24,000 nt of DNA from contig JADJAH010000037.1 in NCBI GenBank assembly GCA_016704345.1, positions 116,417-140,416 of the forward strand. Direction: 5' to 3'. Of this stretch, positions 1 to 7,498 are shown in pieces. The position numbers were made by a program, and so were the translations under genes. Source of the DNA: Ignavibacteria bacterium (GTDB lineage Bacteria; Bacteroidota; Ignavibacteria; Tepidaquicellales; Tepidaquicellaceae). Below the pieces are notes generated by a model that was given only the letters and a program-made list of their open reading frames with translations, was not told the DNA's origin and ran no database searches. The stretch's first letter is position 1. The number at the start of each line of letters is the position of its first letter.

Positions 1-254
1 TTTATCTCTCTTTTGATCTCAGGAGATTCAACGATGACATATTTCCAGGGCTGCTTATTTGCACCCGAAGGCGCTGTACTTGCAGTCATTACGGCAAGTT
101 CAAGCAGCCTTCTGTCAAACTTTTCGTCCGAAAAGAATCTCACACTTCTTCTGGAACTCATGAGTTTGTAAAACTGCTGCGCTCTTAATCTACTTTCCTC
201 GTCAGAATATCTCTGATGTACAAGGTTGATAAATCCTTCAGGTGTGTTCTTCAA
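1..254 (-). CDS. Nitroreductase-family flavoprotein, N-terminal part only (3' end runs off the window); resembles the iodotyrosine-deiodinase-like subgroup
   Basis: Absent from the supplied ORF track because it is edge-truncated. My minus-strand translation from TTG 254-252 reads (M)KNTPEGFINLVHQRYSDEESRLRAQQFYKLMSSRRSVRFFSDEKFDRRLLELAVMTASTAPSGANKQPWKYVIVESPEIKREI... The RRSVRxF ... TAPSGAxxQPW block is the N-terminal FMN-binding signature of the nitroreductase superfamily. There is an in-frame stop upstream at 368-366 and no ATG before the motif, so TTG-254 is the first canonical start. It lies 26 bp downstream of the fumC stop on the same strand. Confidence 0.7.
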   Translation of the reverse strand, partial: MKNTPEGFINLVHQRYSDEESRLRAQQFYKLMSSRRSVRFFSDEKFDRRLLELAVMTASTAPSGANKQPWKYVIVESPEIKREI

Positions 255-280
255 AATATTAAATATTCTTCCGATAAAGT

Positions 281-1687
281 TTAGAAAATGTCTTTTGCAA
301 TATCTCCAACCATCTTGCCGGCATCTACCTTTTCGGTAAACTCTGAATCCGTTAACAAGCCCAGTTCAATTGCTGCTTCGCGGAGTGTTTTGTTTTCCTT
401 ATGAGCTTTCTTGGCGATCTTAGCGGCGTTTTCATAACCTATGTGCGGATTCAATGCTGTCACAAGCATCAGCGACCGCTCAACATTTTCATTAATTTTC
501 GATATATTGGGTTCAATGCCGGATGCACAATGCTCATCAAACGATACACATGCATCTCCAAGCAATCTTGCAGAGAGAAGCGCATTGGAGATCATCATAG
601 GCTTGAATACGTTGAGTTCAAAATGACCGTTCATTCCGCCAATTGAAATGGCAACATCGTTGCCTATCACTTGAGCACAGACCATTGTCATGGCTTCAGT
701 CTGTGTGGGATTTACCTTGCCCGGCATGATTGAAGAGCCCGGTTCATTTTCAGGAATCAGTATTTCCCCTATTCCGCTGCGAGGACCTGATGACAACATT
801 CTTATGTCATTTGCAATCTTCATCAGACTAACAGCAAGTACCTTCAGAGATGAAGAGAGTTCAACTATAGCATCATTTGAAGCAAGAGCTTCAAATTTAT
901 TCGGAGCAGTTTTAAATGGAAGTCCGGTCAGCTCCGATATTATTGCGGCAACTATAACATCATAATTCTCAGGAACATTTATTCCTGTCCCTACTGCTGA
1001 TCCTCCCAAAGCCAACTCTGACAGATGCTCAAGTGAATTCTCGATTGCTTTAATTCCATGCCTCAGTTGATAAACATATCCAGAGAATTCCTGACCCAGA
1101 GTAAGAGGTGTTGCATCCATGAAGTGAGTTCTGCCAATTTTAATTATATTCTTAAAGGCCTTTGACTTCATCTCAAATGTTTTCAATAGCTGTCTTGCTC
1201 CGGGTAAAGTGACCTCAGAAACCATTTTGTAGGCTGCAATATTCATTGCTGTTGGGAATGTATCATTTGATGACTGAGACTTATTCACGTCATCATTCGG
1301 ATGCAAAGACTTTTGCTTGTCGTCCAGATTTCCTCCGCTAATCAGATGTGCCCTGTTTGCTATAACTTCATTTACGTTCATATTGCTTTGAGTGCCGGAA
1401 CCTGTTTGCCAGATTACGAGAGGAAATTCATCATCGTGTTTTCCTTCAAGAATTTCATCACAAACTTTTCCTATTTGTTCGGCTTTTTCAGCAGAAAGAA
1501 CACCGCACTTCATGTTTGCCAAAGCAGCAGCCTTCTTTAGTATTGAGAATGCATATATCACTTCCAACGGCATTCTCGAATTGCCGATCCTGAAATTTTC
1601 TTTCGATCTTTGTGTTTGTGCGCCCCAGAGTTTATCGGCAGGAACTTTGACTTCCCCCATTGTATCATGTTCGATCCTTTGTGACAT
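281..1687 (-). CDS. fumC: Class II fumarate hydratase (fumarase C)
   Basis: The 468-aa ORF carries the aspartase/fumarase superfamily signature [15 protein letters not shown]. The N-terminus ([21 protein letters not shown]) and the length are typical of FumC. ATG start at 1687. Confidence 0.95.
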   Translation of the reverse strand: MSQRIEHDTMGEVKVPADKLWGAQTQRSKENFRIGNSRMPLEVIYAFSILKKAAALANMKCGVLSAEKAEQIGKVCDEILEGKHDDEFPLVIWQTGSGTQSNMNVNEVIANRAHLISGGNLDDKQKSLHPNDDVNKSQSSNDTFPTAMNIAAYKMVSEVTLPGARQLLKTFEMKSKAFKNIIKIGRTHFMDATPLTLGQEFSGYVYQLRHGIKAIENSLEHLSELALGGSAVGTGINVPENYDVIVAAIISELTGLPFKTAPNKFEALASNDAIVELSSSLKVLAVSLMKIANDIRMLSSGPRSGIGEILIPENEPGSSIMPGKVNPTQTEAMTMVCAQVIGNDVAISIGGMNGHFELNVFKPMMISNALLSARLLGDACVSFDEHCASGIEPNISKINENVERSLMLVTALNPHIGYENAAKIAKKAHKENKTLREAAIELGLLTDSEFTEKVDAGKMVGDIAKDIF

Positions 1688-1707
1688 AATATTGATTAGT
1701 TTCAGTT

Positions 1708-1748
1708 AACAAAAAACTCCGCAAAGTTTATGACTTCTTTGCGGAGTT
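1708..1748 (-). terminator. Rho-independent terminator closing the 7098->1772 secreted-protein operon
   Basis: A perfect 12-bp inverted repeat, AACTCCGCAAAG (1715-1726) / CTTTGCGGAGTT (1737-1748), encloses a 10-nt loop. On the minus-strand transcript the stem is followed by TTTTGTT. It sits 24 bp after the stop codon at 1772 and immediately before the fumC start. Confidence 0.75.
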
Positions 1749-1771
1749 GGATTAAATTTCAGTTTTCTGAT

Positions 1772-2854
1772 CTACTTGACCAGGAGCATTTTCTTTGTAT
1801 CAAGGCTGTTATTTGTTTTCAACGAATAAAAATACATACCGCTTGAAAGATCCGATGCATTAAAATCAACCGTGTAATAATTGGCTGTTCTGAATTCATT
1901 GTTTAAAATCCTTGCCACCATTTTTCCGCTCATGTCATAGACCTCAAGAGTTACCTTTGAATCATTTGGAAGTGAGAAAGAGATCTTGGTCGATGGATTG
2001 AATGGGTTTGGATAATTTTGTTTGAGTTCAAATACCTGCGGAGCACCAATCACTATTTCACTCTGAAGATTGAAGTATTCAAAATTTCCGTTGAAATCAA
2101 TCTGCTTGAGTCTGTACTGGTATTTACCAATATTCAGGTTATTGTCTTTGTAAGAATACTCAACTGTCTGATTTGAATTTCCATGACCTTCTACAAAATT
2201 TACTTTCTGCCAATCACTTGATGATAATACTTTTCTTTCAATATCAAATCCGTTGTTATTTCTTTCGCCTGTGGTAGTCCAATTCAGCGTCACATTGTTA
2301 TTTGAGACAGCTGAAGTGAATGAGCTAAGCTCAACAGGCAGCGTACCGTTGTAATTTCCATTATAGGTGCCTGATATAGTTGGCGTGAATGTTGGAGTTA
2401 CAATTTCCGATGAGCTGGCTTCCCAGATTACTTGTGCCTGAACATTCTGAAGAATGTCCAGAGTTATTGTAGCCACACGTTCGCCAAAACCATTTGCTCC
2501 CCCATCTGCCAGGACTTCAACTCCGGGCCCGGAAACATAATTGATCTGCAAGGCGACCTGTTGACCGAAAAATAGTACGGTTTCCATCGGCCCATAATTT
2601 CCGGTGCTGTATCTTGGGCTTTGATTTGAGATGACGGGATTATTCATAACCGCATCCGTGAATTGCAGTACAAATGTTGACAGTCCCATATTATAAGGAT
2701 CAGCACTTGTTCTAAGGACATAAATGTCGAAAGTAAATTTCGTCCCGGCATTTGTTATGTCAAAATTTGTGGCAGTTACTGTCGCTGTTTGTGATCTGAG
2801 ACTCGCGCCGCCGAACAACAAACATGCAAATAGAAATAGAAGAAATTTCTTCAT
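1772..2854 (-). CDS. Secreted T9SS-cargo protein: signal peptide, N-terminal ~150-aa beta-sandwich (cohesin-like, tentative), FN3-like domain, Por/T9SS C-terminal sorting domain
   Basis: 360 aa. The signal peptide is MKKFLLFLFACLLFGGASLRSQ. The central block LPVELSSFTSAVSNNNVTLNWTTTGERNNNGFDIERK...YQYRLKQIDFNGNFEY is an FN3-like module common in FCB-group surface proteins. The C-terminus NYPNPFNPSTKISFSLPNDSKVTLEVYDMSGKMVARIL...SGMYFYSLKTNN...KKMLLVK matches the T9SS C-terminal-domain pattern (TIGR04183-like). It is a paralog of the adjacent gene. Confidence 0.85.
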   Translation of the reverse strand: MKKFLLFLFACLLFGGASLRSQTATVTATNFDITNAGTKFTFDIYVLRTSADPYNMGLSTFVLQFTDAVMNNPVISNQSPRYSTGNYGPMETVLFFGQQVALQINYVSGPGVEVLADGGANGFGERVATITLDILQNVQAQVIWEASSSEIVTPTFTPTISGTYNGNYNGTLPVELSSFTSAVSNNNVTLNWTTTGERNNNGFDIERKVLSSSDWQKVNFVEGHGNSNQTVEYSYKDNNLNIGKYQYRLKQIDFNGNFEYFNLQSEIVIGAPQVFELKQNYPNPFNPSTKISFSLPNDSKVTLEVYDMSGKMVARILNNEFRTANYYTVDFNASDLSSGMYFYSLKTNNSLDTKKMLLVK

Positions 2855-2858
2855 TTCA

Positions 2859-2863
2859 CCTCC
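2859..2863 (-). promoter_or_regulatory. Canonical Shine-Dalgarno (GGAGG) for the 1772-2854 gene
   Basis: The minus-strand mRNA reads ...CGGAGGTGAAATG, placing GGAGG 4 nt before the ATG at 2854. By eye, none of the other ~20 starts in the window has a comparable SD. Confidence 0.6.
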
Positions 2864-2906
2864 GAAGGTAGTTGATTAGAAATCATTGAATTAAAATTGT
2901 TTATGA

Positions 2907-4004
2907 TCATTTTACTAAGGTCATTTTCTTTGTTTGAACTTCTTTATCGGTTCTCAATTCATAGAAATATACTCCGCTGGAAAGTGATGAGCCATTCATC
3001 GAGACTGAATAATAGTTAGCCTGCTTAAGTTCATTATCAATAAGCATTGAGATTCTTCTTCCCGAAATGTCATAAACTGACAAAGAGACTCTTGAATCAT
3101 ATGGTAAATCAAAACTGATGACAGTTGACGGATTGAACGGGTTAGGAAAGTTTTGATTCAGTGCAAAATCTTTCGGAATACCAATCTCAATTTCTGTACT
3201 AAGATTATGACACTCGTAGTTACCGTTGAAATCCAATTGTTTGAGTCTGTAAGAATATGAACCGGTTGGAAGTTGATTATCATTGTAAGTGTAATTCTTC
3301 AGATCAGACGAGTTACCACTTCCCTGAACATATCCCGCCTTGATCCAATCACCTGCTGTAGACTTTCTTTGAACTTCAAATCCTGCATTATTTTCTTCTG
3401 AACTTGTCGACCATGAAAGCTTTACAGAATTACCGTTTGAGACTGCAGAAAAGCTGCTTAGCTCAACAGGTAAAGTACTGTTGAAGAATCCGTTGTTTGT
3501 ACTTATTGCTGACTCATTCTGCGGATTAACAACAGCAGTATTTAAGTTATCCCATCTAAGGTCAGGAAGATTAAGAGCAATGATGTCAAGTTTCACAGAA
3601 GCTATCTTTTCACCAAGCCCCTGAACACCCGGATCATTTGAAACAACATCACCCGGTCCGCCGGAATTATAATACAGCTGAATTGCTACCTTGCCGCTGG
3701 AATATCCAAACGGTTGCATTTCATTGTATGAGGATGTCACACTTCCGACTGTATATTTAGGGTTGACATAAGTCAACACCGGATTTGCAAATGTTCCGGT
3801 TACAAATCTCAAAAAATAAGAAGAATTACCCATTCTGAAATCCGGAGCGCTGGTTCTCAGGGTGAAGATATCGAAATTGAACTTTGTTCCGTTTTCTGTG
3901 ATATCAAAATTCGCAATTGTGTTAGTTACATTATTTTGCGATCTCAGTGAACCTGAAAACAGAAATAGCAGAATTACGGAAATTGAAAGAATGCTTTTGC
4001 TCAT
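2907..4004 (-). CDS. Secreted T9SS-cargo protein, paralog of 1772-2854 (cohesin-like N-domain, FN3-like domain, T9SS C-terminal domain)
   Basis: 365 aa. The signal peptide MSKSILSISVILLFLFSGSLRSQ shares the SLRSQ cleavage context with its paralog. It has LPVELSSFSAVSNGNSVKLSWSTSSEENNAGFEVQRK...YSYRLKQLDFNGNYE, and the C-terminus NFPNPFNPSTVISFDLPYDSRVSLSVYDISGRRISMLI...SGVYFYELRTD...KKMTLVK. Confidence 0.85.
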   Translation of the reverse strand: MSKSILSISVILLFLFSGSLRSQNNVTNTIANFDITENGTKFNFDIFTLRTSAPDFRMGNSSYFLRFVTGTFANPVLTYVNPKYTVGSVTSSYNEMQPFGYSSGKVAIQLYYNSGGPGDVVSNDPGVQGLGEKIASVKLDIIALNLPDLRWDNLNTAVVNPQNESAISTNNGFFNSTLPVELSSFSAVSNGNSVKLSWSTSSEENNAGFEVQRKSTAGDWIKAGYVQGSGNSSDLKNYTYNDNQLPTGSYSYRLKQLDFNGNYECHNLSTEIEIGIPKDFALNQNFPNPFNPSTVISFDLPYDSRVSLSVYDISGRRISMLIDNELKQANYYSVSMNGSSLSSGVYFYELRTDKEVQTKKMTLVK

Positions 4005-4023
4005 TACACTTAATTGTTAATAC

Positions 4024-7000
4024 TTATTGAAAATTTGGTACGTTTGATGCTTTGGCAAGATTCGGAGTTATGAATCCAAAATCTGCTGATGTTACTGTTC
4101 CATTAAGGTTTAAGTCACCGTAATTATAGTTTGCCTGCAAGAGATTGTTTTGAACAACTGTATAGTCTGCTGCAGAAACGATGAATGACTTATTAGCATC
4201 ACCACTGAACATACCAAAGAATCCGCCTGACAAAGCAGCAGCTTCATCTCCAAAATACTGATTCAATCCGCTTCTAAAATCGTAAAGAGCAGAAAGTCCG
4301 TTAAGGAAAACTACATTCTTAGACATTACCGGCAAATGATTTCTATGTCCCACTACTACGTAATAATTTCCTGTTGGGACGCCTTGTATTTTTACAGGAC
4401 TTGTTCCATTAAGATCAACAATTGAACCGTCATTCTTGAGGAACGCAGCTCTTTTGCCATTTGGTACCGCTCCACCGTCCGAAGTAGCCCTCACTTCAAG
4501 ATAAATCCAATCTACAACACCGTCCGGAATGCTTGTAACACTTTCAGTACCGTTGTAATTGAACTGTGAATTACCATATGGTTGTGACAATGGAAGCAGG
4601 TTAAAGTTTTTCAAACTGATTCTCATATTACCTGCACCTATATAAGCACCTTGTAGAAGCACCTTAGTATTGATCACTGTATTCTGACTTCCAATACAAT
4701 TTTCATCTCCACCGGTAAATTCACCAAATGCATTAATGCTTGTTGTAACAAATGAATTTGTTGCCGCATTCACCGGTCCAAATGTAAGCCAGCCATTGCC
4801 ATCCCATCTTCCTCCAATAATATTTGCTTCATTACCGACAACATCTCCATCCTGATAACCAAATCTGACGGATGAAGTAAAGTTTGATATGCCTGTTTGA
4901 CTAACTGTCCAGTATCTGTTCAGATAATCAACAGAACAAGTATTATTTGGATGAACTATGTTTACTGTTTTTACATTTGCATATGCGGGAAGCGAAAGAT
5001 TCCATGACCCAAAGAATACCAGAGCAGGAGCATATCCACCGTTACCTACCGCAAAATTAAAGGATGTTATGGAATTCGGAAGAAGTGCTTTTTTCATTTC
5101 CCCTGTTCCATCAGTTCTCACATAACTTGCAATTGCCGAAGGGCTGAAGTAAGATGAATTTGGTCCCATGTAAAGATTATTAGAACCAAGACTAAGAAGT
5201 CCGTTTTGACCAAACAATAATCTGTGCAATCTTAATGAATCGGCGAGAGCAATGCCGTTCGCTCGGCTGACCTGCAGAGTTCTTAATCCACCCTGAACGG
5301 TTGTAAGATTTGTTGATGCTGAAGAACCTCCGAAGAACATATCTGAATTGAGTCCTCCAACAATTTCACCACCCGGCACAATTGCACCGAGAATACTTAG
5401 AGTATGGTCTTCGCCAATTACAATTCTGTTTGGAGTAAAATTATTTTGAACTGCAAAGTCACTTCCCATTTGAAGCGTGGCGCCTGATATTGTAAGATCT
5501 TCAAAAGTTGTTTGGCTTCCGCTATGAAGAAAACCGGCGCCAGGACTGACAAGTCTAAGATCTCTGTCTATGATTGTATTTCCGGGAATGACACCTGATG
5601 GTACATTCCAGATGGTTCCTCCACTGTTTGTTCCACTGATAGCTGAAGCTAAGTTTGGAAAGCTGACATTTCCCTGGTTGATAATGGAATGTGGAAGCGG
5701 GTTTCCTGTAGATATTGTGTTTAGAGAAGTTCTGACCAGATCAGTTGATGTTGAAAAATTGAACGCAAATCCAATTTGCGGAATAAATCCATCCAATGTT
5801 GCGTTGTTACTCATTGAAATCGTATTAGGAGATTTTCCAGTTACGGTTGTATTCGGTGGAATACCAGATCCCTGGATACCCATTCCGATAAATATACCAT
5901 CTGTTGAAGGCATGAATGAAATTATATTATTTCCGGTAGTAAGCAATCCTCCGGAAACAACTGTAGTATCAGGCACAACGCCGTTTTGCCATTTGTTGTT
6001 ATTTGCATTTATCGCACCGCCCTGATCAGTATAGTTTACGAGACCATAGACTGAGTATGTGCTAAGATCGCATTTATCAACAGTCATATTCTTCACCTGT
6101 CTGTTGAATGCAATATTCGTATCGCAATTTGTGAATGTCAATCCTCTCAAGACTACTGTATCTAATGCGGCGGGTGGATCAAACAAATCATTTCTTGCCT
6201 GTATCCAAATACCGCTTCCGGGAGATTGCCTGACGACCCTCGAATTGACAATTGAAATGTCACTGTAATCTAATCTGCTAAGCAAGTTAATGTCGATGCC
6301 TATCCAGTTATTATTAGCAGGCATAACGACGGATATATTCTCAAACGTAGAATTTGTCAGCTTTTCAAAGTAAATAGTATGACCTTGCTGCTGATTAGTT
6401 GCATTATTATCTGCAAACGAACAATGAGAGAAGTTCACATTACTTATCTGTGTTGGATTACTTCTTCTTTGAAATGCTGCAACACCCCATAATCCATTCT
6501 GTCTTACAGTAGAATTCTTCATAACCCAGCCGTCTATGCTAACAAAAGTTGGAACAAATATTCCTGCAATGCCGCTGCCGTCAAAGTTGCAAGATTCCAA
6601 GACTATGTCATTGAGCAAATCGCCATTCAATCTGAGACCGTTAACGGAACTGCTTTTTGCAAATACATTTTCCATAGTTACATACCCGGTTCTTATATCA
6701 ATGGCATCCCCTGCCGTAACATCAGCCCTGAGATTCTTAAGCACCATTCTCTCAGATTGACTGCCGCCAGCTGCACGAAGAGTCACAGTGGAATTAAATA
6801 CCGTATTGACAGTCGGTGTCGAGCCTTTCCAGGCGCCTACAACGTTGAGTCTCTTTGTTAATGTGAATCCTGCATAAGTTCCTGTGGCAACAACAATATT
6901 GTCACCGTCAGTCACAGCCGGATTGTCAATAGCAAATTGAACCGTGAGCCACGGAGTTGCTATATTCCTGGCTTGTGCCGGCGAGTTAGAATTGCTTCCT

Positions 7001-7098
7001 GTCGTTGCGTTTACGTAATAAGTAGCCGCATTTACGGAAGCAGTGAAAATTAAAAAGGCTATTATAGCCGAAAAGGAAAAGTGTAGAAGATTTTTCAT
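4024..7098 (-). CDS. Large secreted right-handed beta-helix-type protein with a C-terminal dockerin-like double EF-hand; no T9SS tail
   Basis: 1024 aa. The signal peptide is MKNLLHFSFSAIIAFLIFTASVNA/AT. The N-terminus YYVNATTGSNSNSP...PWLTVQFAIDNPAVTDGDNIVVATGTYAGFTLTKRLNVVGA is the classic opening of parallel beta-helix (PbH1) proteins, and N/G/S/T-rich repeats follow. Near the C-terminus is GNYYVVVGHRNHLPVMS, followed by two Ca-loop-like segments, DANKSFIVSAAD and DLNLNGTVTSAD. The protein ends ...NVPNFQ with no Por C-terminal-domain pattern. Confidence 0.8.
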   Translation of the reverse strand: MKNLLHFSFSAIIAFLIFTASVNAATYYVNATTGSNSNSPAQARNIATPWLTVQFAIDNPAVTDGDNIVVATGTYAGFTLTKRLNVVGAWKGSTPTVNTVFNSTVTLRAAGGSQSERMVLKNLRADVTAGDAIDIRTGYVTMENVFAKSSSVNGLRLNGDLLNDIVLESCNFDGSGIAGIFVPTFVSIDGWVMKNSTVRQNGLWGVAAFQRRSNPTQISNVNFSHCSFADNNATNQQQGHTIYFEKLTNSTFENISVVMPANNNWIGIDINLLSRLDYSDISIVNSRVVRQSPGSGIWIQARNDLFDPPAALDTVVLRGLTFTNCDTNIAFNRQVKNMTVDKCDLSTYSVYGLVNYTDQGGAINANNNKWQNGVVPDTTVVSGGLLTTGNNIISFMPSTDGIFIGMGIQGSGIPPNTTVTGKSPNTISMSNNATLDGFIPQIGFAFNFSTSTDLVRTSLNTISTGNPLPHSIINQGNVSFPNLASAISGTNSGGTIWNVPSGVIPGNTIIDRDLRLVSPGAGFLHSGSQTTFEDLTISGATLQMGSDFAVQNNFTPNRIVIGEDHTLSILGAIVPGGEIVGGLNSDMFFGGSSASTNLTTVQGGLRTLQVSRANGIALADSLRLHRLLFGQNGLLSLGSNNLYMGPNSSYFSPSAIASYVRTDGTGEMKKALLPNSITSFNFAVGNGGYAPALVFFGSWNLSLPAYANVKTVNIVHPNNTCSVDYLNRYWTVSQTGISNFTSSVRFGYQDGDVVGNEANIIGGRWDGNGWLTFGPVNAATNSFVTTSINAFGEFTGGDENCIGSQNTVINTKVLLQGAYIGAGNMRISLKNFNLLPLSQPYGNSQFNYNGTESVTSIPDGVVDWIYLEVRATSDGGAVPNGKRAAFLKNDGSIVDLNGTSPVKIQGVPTGNYYVVVGHRNHLPVMSKNVVFLNGLSALYDFRSGLNQYFGDEAAALSGGFFGMFSGDANKSFIVSAADYTVVQNNLLQANYNYGDLNLNGTVTSADFGFITPNLAKASNVPNFQ

Positions 7099-7313
7099 AT
7101 TTTTCTATCAACTTAAGTTTTTGTTCCAGTTTATAAGGGCATGACATTGAATCCTGTGAAACCATTTTTAGTACATTGAGAATCAATAGCTCGTGTTCTG
7201 TCTTTCATTCAATTTGAATTGCAAAATACCTTAAACAATTACAAAATTCAACGAAAAGTTAAACTATTTTCGAATGATATACACTTTAATGATTTAATTT
7301 AATTTAAACCCAT

Positions 7314-7335
7314 TCCTAACAAAATCCTAACAAAA
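7314..7335. repeat. Perfect 2 x 11 bp tandem direct repeat TCCTAACAAAA in a divergent intergenic region
   Basis: TCCTAACAAAA occurs at 7314-7324 and again at 7325-7335, read directly. It lies inside the 400-bp AT-rich gap between the divergent starts at 7098 (-) and 7499 (+). The function is unknown. Confidence 0.9.
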
Positions 7336-7498
7336 CACCCAACAGCTGATTTATTTTATACTGGCAAATCAACACTCAAAAGTTGTAATAGCAAGAATCC
7401 CCAATCGTTATCATCCATTTCTTTTGAAGGGCATCCCAAATTGCAATTTCTTTAGATGCCTATATTGGCTAATTTACCAAAATCGAAAAATAATAGTC

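Noticed and set aside
401-1709. Several 60-105-aa plus-strand ORFs within fumC (401-646, 441-626, 690-965, 1301-1540, 1392-1709).
   Set aside because: All lie antisense to fumC, which carries the [11 protein letters not shown] signature, and none has independent support.
5570-6025. A 151-aa plus-strand ORF, with similar ones at 6059-6268 and 6536-6760, inside the 4024-7098 gene.
   Set aside because: These ORFs are antisense to a well-supported 1024-aa secreted protein and have no start context or recognisable motifs. Long antisense ORFs are expected opposite N/G/S/T-rich repeat coding sequence.
6986-7186. A 66-aa minus-strand ORF overlapping the start of the large beta-helix gene in another frame.
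   Set aside because: It overlaps the signal-peptide coding region of a strongly supported gene. It is short and has no motif.
7269-7275. A TTCGAAT string reminiscent of a tRNA T-loop in the 400-bp intergenic gap.
   Set aside because: There is no preceding G, no flanking GC-rich acceptor or T-stem complementarity, and no cloverleaf can be drawn in the surrounding AT-rich sequence.
7424-7498. A TTG-initiated 25-codon extension of the 7499 gene (MKGIPNCNFFRCLYWLIYQNRKIIV).
   Set aside because: It has a Cys/aromatic-rich, non-protein-like composition. An ATG at 7499 gives a clean N-terminus. The choice is not proven.
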